Part shown: in pieces, positions 1 through 13,210 of the stretch
Layout: each line of letters starts with the position of its first letter
How positions within the stretch are numbered: position 1 is the stretch's first letter
Assembly: GCA_028534125.1 (NCBI GenBank)
Contig: CM052816.1
Location: forward strand, 29,576,001 to 29,640,000
DNA from: Lama glama
Taxonomy: Eukaryota
Direction of reading: 5' to 3'
Length of the DNA stretch: 64,000 nucleotides
Made by a program: the position numbers and the translations under genes
The notes under the pieces: generated by a model
Seen by the model: only the letters and a program-made list of their open reading frames with translations
Told to the model about the DNA's origin: nothing
The model's database searches: none

Positions 1-623
1 GCAAAAATTTAATGGGATATCAAGTCTTGCAAGGACAATAGGAAACAAAAGAAGAACTACAGAAACGAAAAGAGGTACTAACAGTGTGTTTGTGCATGCA
101 TGCGTAGGTTAAACTAATACCTAGTTCAGGGCATCATAATGTATTAATTCAAACACTTTCCCTCAAAGCTGCTGGGTGCAGTTAAAGAAATACTTGAGCC
201 CTCATGGTAAACTCTGTCAATAAAGCTGTTTTTCTTTCTTTTTTTAATTAAAAAAAAAAAGGAAACCAGAGGAGATACACATAGAAGGTAGAAGATAAGG
301 GAGTTAAATGTGAAAAACAGCAATTTGGAGAATGATTAAGAGATTAAAGAATTGGATACCCAACAAAGGGAAGAAAAAGATGCCCTACTCTGTCACTTAA
401 GGACATCTGATCTCAATTATCATTTCACGTGGCTCTTCTGTTAAGCATCAACCACAGCTGACCCACGGCCAGAGGTTTGCAGGGAAAGAACTATCTAATA
501 TTACTTGAATCTTCATAGGCAAAAATCCTATAGCAATGGATTCCCAAAGTGAAAAAAAAAGAAGTCAAAGTCACAAAGATGATGTTCTCTTAATATACGG
601 GAAAAAAAGACTAATCCACTGAC

Positions 624-799
624 CTAGGCATGTATTTACTTGTTTTACGCCAGGAAAATCCATTTACAGCTCGAGGATGGGCCAGATACACGAAAGAAAA
701 GTCAATTTCTCCTTCGGATTGTTCTGAATTTTTATCTGGAGAGGTAACAGCTGTCCGCCAGTTTTCTACATTATACCATATCTTTAAAAGACAGTCATC
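624..799 (-). CDS. DMXL1: DMXL1 coding exon 7 (DDCLLKIWYNVENWRTAVTSPDKNSEQSEGEIDFSFVYLAHPRAVNGFSWRKTSKYMP-R); gene continues beyond the left edge
   Basis: Acceptor ttttcccttag|GAT and donor TAG|gtcagt. 176 nt, phase 0/2. WD40 motifs LLKIW and LAHPRAVNGFSW. Confidence 0.96.
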
Positions 800-1904
800 C
801 TAAGGGAAAAAAACCCCAAAAAACAGAAAAACATAAGATCAGAATTTAAAATATAAAAGTTAAGTCAAATAGCAATAGATTTTCTCCCTAATTAAAGGAA
901 CTTAGGGATGTGAGGAGGGGTTGGGCATGGAGGAATTAAAAAGAAAATCTCTGATTCTGATAATTCTCTATTAGCATTCCTTAACTGTACTTTAAGAATT
1001 AAAATATATGAATGTGTATATTTTGCAAGGATTATTTCAAGGAAAATGCTACTGGCCATACAGAATGGAAAAATACAGTCCTTTGGGAAAGACCTAAACA
1101 TGAAGTTAAGGGTTCATTCTCCCACTTAGCCAACTATCAAGTAAGAAAGCATTGCCACTAGCAGACTTGGAAAGACTGCTACTTCTTGAAATCAAAGAGT
1201 AGTTTTTTATATCATGTGAATGTTCAAAGAAAGTGTTGAAAATCTCCTAAAAAAAATAACTCTCACTGAGGATTTAGGGCATATCTCATAGTCTACAGGT
1301 TTTGAGTCCTGGGAACAATAATTTCAGACTATTAGTTATACGCAAACTGATCTGTGAACCAATGATAAAAAATAAAATAATTTCAAGGGAATACATTATT
1401 CTGAAATCAACAGGTAATAACAAAGAAAATGGTTACAAATGTCTTTCTAGAAAGTCTGCAAATTCTTCTACTTTAAATACATCCTATCATGGCTGTCAGC
1501 TAAAACAGAATATAAAAAGTAGCTATAGTTTATTACTGACAGTATACTACATCCAAGACACTGTGTCAGTCACTTTACATATACTGTCTAAACTAATCCT
1601 ATGATCAATGACCTATGAGGTCATTACCATCTTCAGTTTGCAAATGAGAAAACCAAGGCTCAAAGAAATTAACATGTCCAAGATCAAAAAGTTGGTGAAT
1701 GGAAAACTTATACCCAGATCTACCTTTAGTCTCTGCTGTTTCAATTACACCATACTGCCTTTTAACACAATAATATGGAGCCAATTTTTGCTGTATCATA
1801 TTTTTAACAAAATGTTTCAACTTAAATAATGAAGTCAGCTACTGTTTTTGAAGTTTCAAAATACACCATAAACACAATGTGACAACAGCAATTTCACAAA
1901 TTAC

Positions 1905-1971
1905 CTTTCCAGCAGTGGCAAAAAATTCTCCATCTGGTGAAAATTTCATTAAATGAACTTGGGAAGCAGTT
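1905..1971 (-). CDS. DMXL1: DMXL1 coding exon 6 (K-TASQVHLMKFSPDGEFFATAGK)
   Basis: Acceptor ttatag|A and donor AAG|gtaatt. 67 nt, phase 2/0. WD40 signature FSPDG.FFATAG. Confidence 0.96.
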
Positions 1972-4639
1972 CTATAAATTAAACAGACAAGGAATAATTT
2001 TCAAGGAAAATTAAATGAGACAATGCAACACTACTTCTGTAAACTAGTCAGCAATTTGCTTCAAGTAATAGAAAATATTGTGATGACACAAGTTTAACAC
2101 TCACTTTAAAGTATATCTCATAAATTAAAAATGGAAAACATTAAATCAAATATAACAATTATTCTTTATGTAAAAATATTCATGTATAAGAATCATGTAA
2201 GGAGTGATCTGTCAGTCTTTAAAGCTTAAGACAGAGAGTCATAGCTCTCAGTCCCTTAGAATGTGGGAAAGATTTCTTTTTTCAATCTCGAAATCTAATT
2301 TCTGGAGCCAGAGATACCTATATTCCAACATACATTTTCATAGACAATAAATCAGTATTTTAAAATGAATTCTGCCTTGGTAGCATTTGCATAATTAAAG
2401 ATTATGTGTGGGTTAAAGGGAGACTTGCAACCATCATGGATGCAGCCTTCCAGGTTCACCAATATATTTAGTGAGTAAATGCCTTTTTTCTCCAAGGAGC
2501 TTTGGCTCATTTTCCTTCCCTGCCTTCCCTTCTGGCTACCCATAAGACAAGTCTCACTATCACTGCTTTCTTTTTCTTTACCCAAGTTCATGTTTATATA
2601 GATTCATCCTAAATTTATTTGTAAAGTGGGCCATAGAGGAATTCTGTCACAGTTCATTCCAAATAAAAATAACTTTTTCTGCCAATCTTAAATGTAATAA
2701 ATACGTTCACGAAAAACATTGATACAAATAGGTGAAAGGAAAAAAATAAAATCACCTACAGCTTCACCAATACCATGACACCCATTCCCAGGCAAAACCA
2801 CTATTCACATTTTAATACACAGACTTCCAAACACTCTCTCCACTCTCCCCATTTACTTTCAGAGGGAGGGTGTGGGGAAGAAGGAGATGGAAACTGAGGT
2901 TATATTCACAATTTGCTCTGTAATATTTATTTTAAAATATGTCACGAACATTAAGTGGTGCAATGAACATTTTTGCACACACATTTTTATGCATCTGTTT
3001 AATCCTAAGCATAGCTTTAAAACAAATAATTAAAAGTGCCTGGTCTCCATGATTATGACCTTGTTGTCCCTACAGTAGCTAAACTAGTCCTTTATAAAGA
3101 GAATCAGATCACAACAAGATCCCCAACAGCTTCCCAACTCGCTCAGAATAAAAAGTAAAAGCCTCACCATAACCTATAATCTGACTCCTGACTCTGATCA
3201 TCTCTCTTATCACTCCTCACCTTATTCACTTTACTCCAGCCACAAGCTAAGCACACTTTCCCCTCAGAATCTTGCACTAGTTCTCTTTTGTCACATTCTT
3301 CTCCCAGAGACATGCACACATGGCTTACTCACTCACTTCCTTCAGGTCTATACATAAATGTACCTCTACTCTTCTTCCCCTCACCCTGCGTCTTCTCTGT
3401 CGTACTTACTGGTCTTCATCTAACATGTGTAACCAGTGTTCCAAATGCACCACAAACGGACCGTAATCAAATTCAACTTTTAAATGTATTCCAGTTAGTG
3501 TAATCTTCAGGTGAACCTAAAACAAAGCTAGCATAGTTTCTAGCCCCAAGGCTTTGCTGCTTAAATAGCAAACCAAAATTAGCACGTCCAGTCCAAGTTA
3601 CTACTGTGTAACTCTGATGGTGATTTAACTGAAGATTCTTCCCCTCTCCCAAAGGCATGAAATCCATTTCAAACCCTCAGTTCAACCCAAGTAAGCTCCT
3701 TCCTAGTCCTGCACAGAAGGCAATGTAACACTTCACTGCTCCTCTCTCTCCAACATTATATAAAAGACTCAAAAGCAAAGTCATAGCTCTTTCTAAAGAA
3801 ATATCTTTGCAAAATCCTGATTTCTTCTCTACACATCAACCCATTTTAATACCCATGATTTACCTGGTGGTGCAAAAAATATGGCACCGGCTCCTTTGAA
3901 ATCTCCTTTGTAAATTCTATATATAGGAGGTCTGCTTTACTCTGACTTTGGTATCTGTTTTATATCCTATTACCACTTCATATAAAACTGACTCAGGAAG
4001 AATGCCATTCCTAGCATCCTGTTGTACTGATTTATTGTCTATCTCCTCTTATCCGTTCACTGCTGTGTTCCATGTACTTTTACCACTGTCTGGAACATGA
4101 TAAGCACTCAGCAAATACTTGCTGAATGAATGAAAGAAACTTGGAATTGATATCTAAAAGGTATAAAAAAATTAAGCCTGCTGATTCATATTTTCAAATT
4201 GATCTCTAGAAAGATGATACCAGTTGTATGCCCTTATTAGCAATATGTAAGGCTACCTTTTCTCCACACTCTTACTAGTAATAGATATCATTCATTCTCT
4301 TCTTTCTGGATATTTCACATTTCTTGATTTCGAGTGTGGTCAATCAACTCTTAATATGTTCATTATTCATAGGTACTACTGCTTAAAATTCTCCTCTTCA
4401 TTGTCCATTTTTGTTTACTTTTGAGACATATGTTTCAGTCTAATTTTTAAGACCTCCTTTTAAAAAAGGCATTAACCCCTAATTGCACATACTTCCCCCA
4501 AGTTTTCAATTCTTCTCCTTATGTTCTTTTTGCTTTACAGAAATTTTTTATTGATACACAAAACTATTTATTTTTTCCTTTTCTTCCCTTTCACTTTCTA
4601 GTTTTGGCATCCTATTTAATTTTTCCCTAACTCTAAAGC

Positions 4640-4960
4640 ATCACTTCTCATCTAATAGTGATAAAACACAATGATAAATGCTAGCACAATACATAATTTT
4701 AAATTTTCTAGTAGTGACGTTTCAAAACACAAAAAGAAACAGGTAAAATTAATTATATTTTATTTAACCCAATATATCAAAAATACTATTTCAATGTGTA
4801 ATCAATTTAAATTTAATAGGATTTTCACATTTTTTCCCTTGTGCAAAATTTTTGAAATCCAGTGTGTATTTTACACTTACAGTATATCTCACTTCAGAAG
4901 CCCTATTTCAAGTGCTCAAGTGAAATATGGCTAGTTGCTACCATACCAGACATGGTAGTT
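4640..4960. mobile_element. MER33 (hAT-Charlie) relic
   Basis: taattttaaattttctagtag..tttatttaacccaatatatc..tttgaaatccagtgtgtattttacacttacag..tttcaagtgctcaa matches recalled MER33. Confidence 0.8.
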
Positions 4961-5700
4961 TTAAAATATGAAAATTTGCCTATATTTTCTTATGAAATTT
5001 TTTTCATTGCATAATAATGCTTTTTCTTCCTTTGAAATCTATTTTGGTGCCAGGTATGAAGAGTTTCTAATATTTTCTTCCCCAGAGAGGTACCAAGTTT
5101 GCCCTACAGATACAAAATGCCACCTTATATACTGAATCTTTATGTATAACTGGGTCTAATCCTGGACTCAAATCTATCTGTTTCTGTATTAACAACAAAC
5201 TGTTTCACCAGTTGTAGTCATTTTACTATACTGTGTATCTTCATTCTTTTCTTCTTTCAGAATTTCCCTGATTTTTCCTAAATTTGTCCTTCTAAATAAA
5301 GTTTAGAACTATGCTCAAAAGTAGAAATTCCAGCGAGATTTTGGTAAGGATGATGTTCAACACACAGGTTAATTTGGGAAAAATATACTTATCCACAGTA
5401 GGAAAACTTCCACTCAAAAGCATGAAAGGTATCTCTGTCTCCTTTTTGGCAAGTTCCTATTTAATTATCTTCATATAGGCCTCACACATTTTTAATGTTT
5501 CTTTGTAGTTGTTTTATTCAACAATTTAAAAAAAAGAACATGGGAAATGATGAATCCTCTGTATATAAGGTATGTCACTATTTTTAAAAAGTCAATACTT
5601 TTTATGTTAGTGTGAAATGAAATAAATGAAAATGCATTTATAATAAAATAAGACCACATAGAACAGGTTCATTAATTTAATCCCCTAAGTAATTGCTTAC

Positions 5701-5833
5701 TTGCAATGCCAAATGCATCTCCAATCCCCAAAGTTAAGATCTGTTTTATCTGGATTTTCATCTTCAGCTGGCTTCTCCAAGTTAGCATTGGACCAGAGTT
5801 GCAAACAGCTAGAACCAGTTAAGAGACGATTGC
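5701..5833 (-). CDS. DMXL1: DMXL1 coding exon 5 (G-NRLLTGSSCLQLWSNANLEKPAEDENPDKTDLNFGDWRCIWHC-K)
   Basis: Acceptor ttttag|GC and donor CAA|gtaagc. 133 nt, phase 1/2, consistent with both neighbours. WD40-like LLTGS..LQLW. Confidence 0.96.
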
Positions 5834-7255
5834 CTAAAAATATATCATTCACCAATTATTATTTCAGTATTTAATTAGTGAGTTAAGTTACATGCTCAGG
5901 AGTTTCATATAATACTATAAAGAAAATACAACTTTTTAAAAAGGTCTAATAACAAAAAAGAGATTTGGGGTATGAGGGAGTTAGGCTATATTTTAACTTT
6001 ATTGAAGCAGCTTAGACAAAAAGGGGAAAAGATCTTTTAATCTCTTATTCAAGCAACATTTAATGAGCATCTTCTTTGTAACAGGCACTGTGCTAGGCAC
6101 TGGCAATACAGCGACAAATGAAACACTGTTCTTTTTCATGATGGGTTTACATTCCACTAGAGAAATATTATGAACAGAAGCATGAAAACATGTGAGTTCA
6201 AATCTATTCCGGAGAATGTTTCATAACCTCGTTATGGTTAAGGAGTAAGGTGCATAGTAGACCTGGAAAAAGAAGAGAGGGATAATACTGTGGAGCATTT
6301 TTGAAGTTCATAAAGAGTTCAGAGTTTGTTATAGGTAGCTGGGAGTAGTTGGGGGATAGTTTACATAAGTGGATATGTATTCTAAAATAAGGGGTCTCAA
6401 GTAGGAGGGAGATGTCAACAGATGGATATGAAGAGGTCTACACACATCCCTCCAATGACATAATATGCAAAAATTAGAGGTAAACTGTGTACAATCTTCT
6501 TGAGAGATAATCTATAATTTTCACCATGCTTTCAAAAACTCCAGTATACCAAGGGTAAAAAGTCTTTTTTAGAAAGTAATTCTCGAGATAGACAGAATTA
6601 GGGAAAACATAAGATGCTGGGAAACCTGGTTAAATGATACATACAGATGGGAAATCTTGAGGATCTGAATCAAATATTATAGTAATAAGGATTTGAAAGC
6701 CATTTCAAAAAACAAAAATTTCAAGGCTTGACACCAAGTAAGAAACAGATACAAACAAGAGGTTTCAAGGACAGATTCGAACTTTATGACTTGGGTAATT
6801 GAGTAGAAGACTATGCTATCATCCAAATGATGAAGCTAAAGGAAGAGATGCAATTTTGGCCAAAAAGCTGACAATAAATAAGGCATTCACCTTATTTATG
6901 GATTTGTGTCTCTCTGGAAAGATGACTTTATTTCAAAAGGAAAGTGGGTCTGTGGCAAAACAAGTCAGTCATTTAATCAGCCATGTGAATCTGATCTAGT
7001 TGGGCAACCTGTGAGCCTCAATTTTCTCATCTATGATATTAGAAATGTGCACAGATTTGTTATAAGGATTAGTTATAATAAGTATAATGTATCTAGCAAA
7101 ACCTATGCACTTAGAAATTCAATAAATAGTAGCATCTAGGTGGAAAGTCTCACAGACGGATAAAAACAGTCCAGAAAGTACTAATGAGACATTCCATTTA
7201 AATATGGTTTTTATTCCACTGTTTAGCTTACCAAAAGACACAAGTTTTCTTCTTC

Positions 7256-7617
7256 TTCTTTTTTTTTTTTTTACTGAGATATAGCCGACACATAACATTA
7301 TATTAGGGTCAGGTTACAATATAATGATTCAGTGTTTGTATATAGTGTGAAATGATCACCACAATAAGTTTAGAACACCACATACAATTTTTTTTTCTTG
7401 TGGTAAGAACTTTTAAGACCTACTCTCTTAGCCAACTTTCAAATACACAATACAGAACTACTGACTATAGTCACCATGCTGTGTATTACATCCCAGGACT
7501 TACTTATTTCATAACTGAAATAAATTCACCTATTTCACCAACTCTCCTCCACCCTACTCCAGCCCACTGCCTCTGGCAACCACTAATCTGTTCTCTGTAT
7601 CTACGAGGTTCAGTTTT
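7256..7617 (-). mobile_element. LINE-1 3' end with poly(A)
   Basis: T-run followed by an antisense L1 3' UTR. Imperfect TSD acaag(t/c)tttctt at about 7240 and 7619. Confidence 0.82.
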
Positions 7618-8755
7618 GACAAGCTTTCTTTTCTTTAACATAAACTGAGGATGAAATAAAGGTGTTCCGTGAAGGATTAAGAAATTAATATAGAATACAA
7701 AAAACTTAATCCCAGTTATAAAATGAAACAAAAGTAGGAAACGTCTGGTATAAAACACTGATTAGAACAGAAAGAGCAGAGGTATGGATAGCAAAGTACG
7801 GAAAAGAAGCATTAAGTCTAAACAGCAAATTTTATGATTTAAGCAAGATGCAATAGTAGGTTTGGAGACAACACCAAGGAACTACTGTCAATTTACTAGT
7901 ACCACCTGAAAAAATTTCTTTATATCCCAACACATAGTATATAATAATAAGTAAATATTCATCAAAACCAAAAGACTAATATTTATCTTAATGTATTTTA
8001 AATCTGTTTATAATTACAAAGTTCATTTGCAAAAGTAGTAAGTTAATAGCTCCCAAATATTTATTTCATTAATAACTCATTTCTCAACCAAAAGCCAATA
8101 AATTTTTAACTCTTCAATTATAAAAAGAAAAATAATAAACTTTTATGTGAATTTTAACTAAATTATGATAGAAAAGATAATGGTCATGAACTATTGGCAA
8201 GTCACTATTAGACATGTTCAAAAAATAAGTAATTATCTTCTAATACTACTCTGTAATGATGATTTTCAAGGAACTTAACATCAATACTATCTTTTGAAGC
8301 ATTAGTACTTACAGACCACAGGTACAAAAATTCCAAGCAACCACTGTATCATTACTAAAGAAATATCACTCAATTCAAATAATAAATGTTTTTACTGAAG
8401 TTATTCATAGGAGACTTCAAGTAGCTGTTTGCTTGCCAACAACATTTTTATAGGAAGTATCTATATAAATACCGTTTTATAGAAAGTTCCAAGTACTTTC
8501 ATGTATACTGCCACATTTGATCATTAAAAAAGATCTTGTGAAATAGATATTACCTTAATTTACAAGTTAATCATTTTTGATCTGTTATCTGCTTATGATC
8601 ACAAAACTAGTATTCAAATATGTAAACATTTATTGAGAGCTTAATATATGATGGCCCCTAAAAATAAATTAAAAAACTGAATAAAACAGAATCTCAGCCT
8701 TTGTCTACTAAAAAAAAAGGTAAACAAATAATTACAGTAAATTATAGTGCTATAA

Positions 8756-8873
8756 GAGAGTAACCATATAATTTATCACCCAAATAGGAACACTTCTGAA
8801 AATAGAAGGTGACACTATTAATTATTAATTAATATGAGGACAACAGGCATAGACTTGGACATGAGTCATTCTA
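8756..8873. mobile_element. MER81 (hAT-Blackjack) relic
   Basis: gtaaccatataatttatcacccaaataggaacacttctgaaa..ctattaattatt..ggacaacaggcat matches recalled MER81. Confidence 0.7.
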
Positions 8874-10165
8874 TCCAATGTAGAATTATAAATAAAGTAC
8901 TGTACTAAACAGATTTTAAAATCTGAACCCAGGGTAAATTTTCACTCTTTTCACTGTATGCATAAAATACACATGTAGGATACCAGCTAGTAAGCATCAG
9001 TCTCATGAGAAAAAAAACCATTTTAAAACATTGTGTCATTAAAAAAAAAACTAAGATAATCTCTTTCATTCTCTAATTTCCAAAGGTTCTGAATCTTATT
9101 CTAAATTAGCATTCTTCTCAGCTATTTCATCTACTATATTAAAATTTAATATTTCTAACTACCTACTGAATATCACTATATGATACGCAAGCATCTCAAA
9201 TTCTATACATCCAAATAAAACTTACGTTCCACTATCTCTAACTCCTATATATCACTCTTCTTTTTGTGGTCATAGATATTCCCAAAGTAATCTGAAGTCC
9301 AGTTGTCAAGTAATGTCAATTCTACTACCTAAATATATTTCATATCTATGTATTTCTTTCATTAGTCACTTGATATTAATTGAGCACCTACTATAATAAA
9401 GGCAATGACACAAGCTCTTATTTCTCATTCAGACTACTGCGAATGCATACTTTCCAAAGGTAATTATAAATTATAAAGTATTTATCTTCCTGTTCCTCTT
9501 GTCTCTGATCATTACTGCCACCAGAAAAATCTGGCAAAACCATAAACCTTAGCTTGTCACTAGACACTTTCAAAAACCTATACTTTTTATACAACTAAAA
9601 AATTAAATTAAAATTCCTTAGTAAGACTATAAAGATTTTCCATATGCTGTAATCTTATCTCCTCATCACCAAACTCACTCCAGCCTCAATGAAGTACTAA
9701 CCATTATTAGCATATATCTCATGCTTTCTTTGTGTCTTTGCTCACTGTGGTAGATTGGTAAAAATGGCTATGGGATGGTTTTTTAATGCAGAAATAGATA
9801 ACTGATACATATACACATTATCTCTTCTTAGTATTCACTTTTTTTTCCCTCCTCAACCTAACCCCACCCTCACTGTTAAAAATCTATCTACTCTCAGGGC
9901 AAAGTTTCCTCTTCAATGAAACTGATTCTTCAGAGATAATTAGTGTCTTCTTCCCAAAACAACACATACTCCTACAATAGCAGGACACTCTTACAGTACA
10001 TATTTTTCTCATTTCAGTAAGCTCTAAAACAGCACAATCTGTTTTACTTACTTTTGTGTTTCAAACAAGCTCACACAAAGCAGAACCGAATACATGAAAG
10101 TAAAAAAAATCAATAGCCCAAACAAGTGTTACTTCATTTCAGTTAAATTTTTCTTATATTCTTAC

Positions 10166-10244
10166 CTGCAGGATCCCAAGTTATATTGTGTGCTATTGAG
10201 TCCAGAAAAAATTGGCCACTTTTCTGCCACTGACTATATAATTC
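10166..10244 (-). CDS. DMXL1: DMXL1 coding exon 4 (ELYSQWQKSGQFFLDSIAHNITWDPA-G)
   Basis: Acceptor ttttag|GAA and donor CAG|gtaaga. 79 nt, phase 0/1. Confidence 0.96.
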
Positions 10245-10988
10245 CTAAAATTAAAAAAAATTCATTTAGCCAATTATTATTGGCATCTTTTCTCTGTCAA
10301 ATGTATACACTGACATTTATTATTTTTAATAACACACGCACTCATTTTTAGGCATAATTGACCAGGTAGTCATATTTAAGGAGAATAAAATGTTCAGTGC
10401 AGTCAAGAAAAATAAGGAGTATGTGATGGAGAAGAATAGTCAGAGAATATCCATTCATAGAGGTCCAAAAGTCAGTCTTTAGCATATTTAAACAACCAAT
10501 AAATATTTGCCACCTTGGACAACATATGTATTAACCTCAGACTTTTAAACTTATAATTATTGCTTTATCATTATAGTTACAAAGGTGTAATTTAAAATAT
10601 GTCTTTGTCTCTGCTATTTGAGGCTTCTTTCTTTTTTAATGCTTCATCTTCACCTGAGATTATATGGTATATGTGAAAATTCATAGTAAGAGGTGTTAAC
10701 ACTTTCACTGTATTATATAATTTAAGAAATTTAAGTTTTTCATTCCTTAAAGCAATATTTTTCAAACTTTTTGTTTTTACCTGAATACCAGTAAGAAATA
10801 CATGTTGCACTGTGACGCAAAACACACACAAATACACAGATAAATGCAATCTCAGTTTACCCTTACTACATGTGATACACTCTAACATTTTCTATTCTAT
10901 TCCATTTTCTTTTAAATTCAAGTTGTAGCCTACTAAGTTGATTTCTCTAATCTCTAATAGATTGAAACTCATAAACACTCTCTTAATG

Positions 10989-11335
10989 CAGTGGTTCTCA
11001 TACTTCAGTATGAAAATAGCCTGAGATATTTACTAAAAATTCAAACTGTCAAGATCCATGCCCAAAGGTTCAGGTTGAAAAGGCCAGGATGGGGCATAGG
11101 AATCTATACTTTAACATCTCAGGTGATTTTGATACAGGGGGACTGCAGAATATGCTTTTATCAAACACCACACTACAGCAAAGGCTGTCAGTCACAGCAC
11201 ACATCAGAACTCCCTCTAGAACTAGATGTACAAGTACACAGGCACAAACCCATGTATTTAGAATTCTCCAGGGCAGGATCTGGACACACTTATCAACTAG
11301 TGATTCTGAAGTGTACCTCTCATGAAGAAACATCA
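10989..11335. mobile_element. MER5-type hAT relics (probably two in tandem)
   Basis: Starts cagtggttctca, with ggggcataggaatctatactttaaca..caggtgattttgat; a second degraded copy follows. Confidence 0.55.
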
Positions 11336-11420
11336 TCTTAAAAGAATATTTCAGAGTATGCAAATAATATATTTTTATGAGGATCTGAAGATTCTCTGAA
11401 ACTGTATCTTGAGATAAAAG

Positions 11421-11577
11421 TTTTTTTGTATTTTTTTTATTGAAGTCAGTTTACAATGTTGTGTCAATTTCTGGTGTACAGTATAATGCTTCAGTCATAC
11501 ATGAAAATACATATATTTGTTTTCATATTCTTTTTCACCATAAGTTACTACAAGATATTGAATATAGTTCCCTGTGT
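11421..11577 (-). mobile_element. short LINE-1 3' terminal fragment
   Basis: ttttttattgaagtcagtttacaatgttgtgtcaatttctggtgtacag..caagatattgaatatagttccctgtg. Confidence 0.85.
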
Positions 11578-12058
11578 GAAACTGAAGTTTTTTGCACCTT
11601 CCACGTCTCTGATTTTTCCATTTGATCCAGTTTTCCCCTTAATCATCAGGCTTTTTTTTTTTTCACCCTCTCTGCAAAATCAGTGCTGCCTACCAATAAA
11701 CCAGCCTCTTCTTAATAATTTTTTCACACTATTAAACAATTATAATTAGTACAAGAGAAAGTAGGCAAAACCTAAAGTTCTCAATTCTACCATTCTACCC
11801 TTATTAATAAAGGCATTTTAAAAAAACATAAAAAACTGATTTTCCAAAAGTCAGGAATTTCATTCAACACATATTTTTTAAGTATTATTTGAAATAATAG
11901 TGTTTTAGCAGAGAAACTATTTAAAAAATTTGTTTTAAATACTGTCAATTACTAATTCATAAGAGTGTAAGAGCCTCCAGTAGTGGATTCATTAGGTAAT
12001 ATATCTACACAAACAGAAATGGGAGGAGAATTATGGATTCTCCTTCTATTAAATTTAA

Positions 12059-12141
12059 CACATTGATCATGATGGCACCCAAATCTGGGTGACAGTTGTG
12101 TGTCCTCAGGGGCACACAATCCACAGTAGGCGATCAACATG
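12059..12141. mobile_element. 83-bp piggyBac-like MITE (TTAA TSD, ~10-13 bp TIR)
   Basis: Structure TTAA|CACATTGATC...GATCAACATG|TTAA. The two TIRs differ only as CA vs TG, the two CpG-decay products of CACGTTGATC. Confidence 0.65.
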
Positions 12142-13138
12142 TTAAAAATGGATATCAGTTAACCCAGAGAAAATATTTTTTAGTAACACAAGGTAGGGGA
12201 AAATCAACACAACTGGTTTAACTCTTAGTTCTGTGGCTCAATAGCTGTTTCACTGCTTGAGTCAGTTATTTTCTTTGGGTCTCTGCTGCCTTACTTATAA
12301 AAAAGAAATAATAGCTGCCAAACTAAGTCAGAGAGAATTTATAAGATATTAATCAGCTATGTGAAAAAGAAATTAAAAATATTAAAAGATATATGGTAGG
12401 TGTATTATTAAAACACTTTAATTCTTTACATTTAACATATTTCCACAGTCTTTTACATCAAGAATGAATAGATATTAACCAATTTTGGAATTGAAAAAAG
12501 AGCCTCTTGAGGCTGACATGCTTAGTATCAAACAGCTAAAGAGCAGCAGAGAAAGAAGCCAGCTCTATGACTCCTACTACAGTGATCTTTAGAGCACAGC
12601 ATGCTGATGGTCTTAAACATGGTTAAAAAATCACTAGTTTAATCTTCAGTAGACATGGGTAAAATAACCTGGTCTGTCTGTTATATTTATGAGCATTTAA
12701 ACACCCAAGAAATCTACTATATAACCTCAATATTTATACACTATTCTTTTAAACAACTTTCAGAACTATTTCTGAATTAGTTTCTTTATAAAGAAAAACA
12801 TTCGCTGACCTGCTAACAATTATATTACATGATATATGAAGTGCAAGAAAATAAATCCCGGGGGCATGTTAAGACCAAATACTTATTATAAAAAAAAATG
12901 ACATACGGAAAAAAAGTAAAGCATCTCAAGACAACTGACCAAGCACAATTTAGTTTAACTCCATTTCAGTGAACGATGTAAACATAGTTTTTATAAGGAA
13001 ATGGCATTTAACATGTCTTTAATTGTACTGTATAATTTATACTGATTTATGTGATGATCTAATTTTGTACTCTTAAAAATAGTTATCTTTTAAGACACAA
13101 GACATTTCCATTTCTAAAAGAAAAGATAAATTACTGAC

Positions 13139-13210
13139 CAAATTTTTCTTTTGCTTCGGTAGGTTAACTGGTTCAAAAATAGAGATAACATTTCCATAGG
13201 ATGCAGCAAT
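13139..13210 (-). CDS. DMXL1: DMXL1 coding exon 3 (IAASYGNVISIFEPVNLPKQKKNL)
   Basis: Long pyrimidine tract then aaaag|ATT; donor TTG|gtcagt. 72 nt, phase 0/0. Confidence 0.95.
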
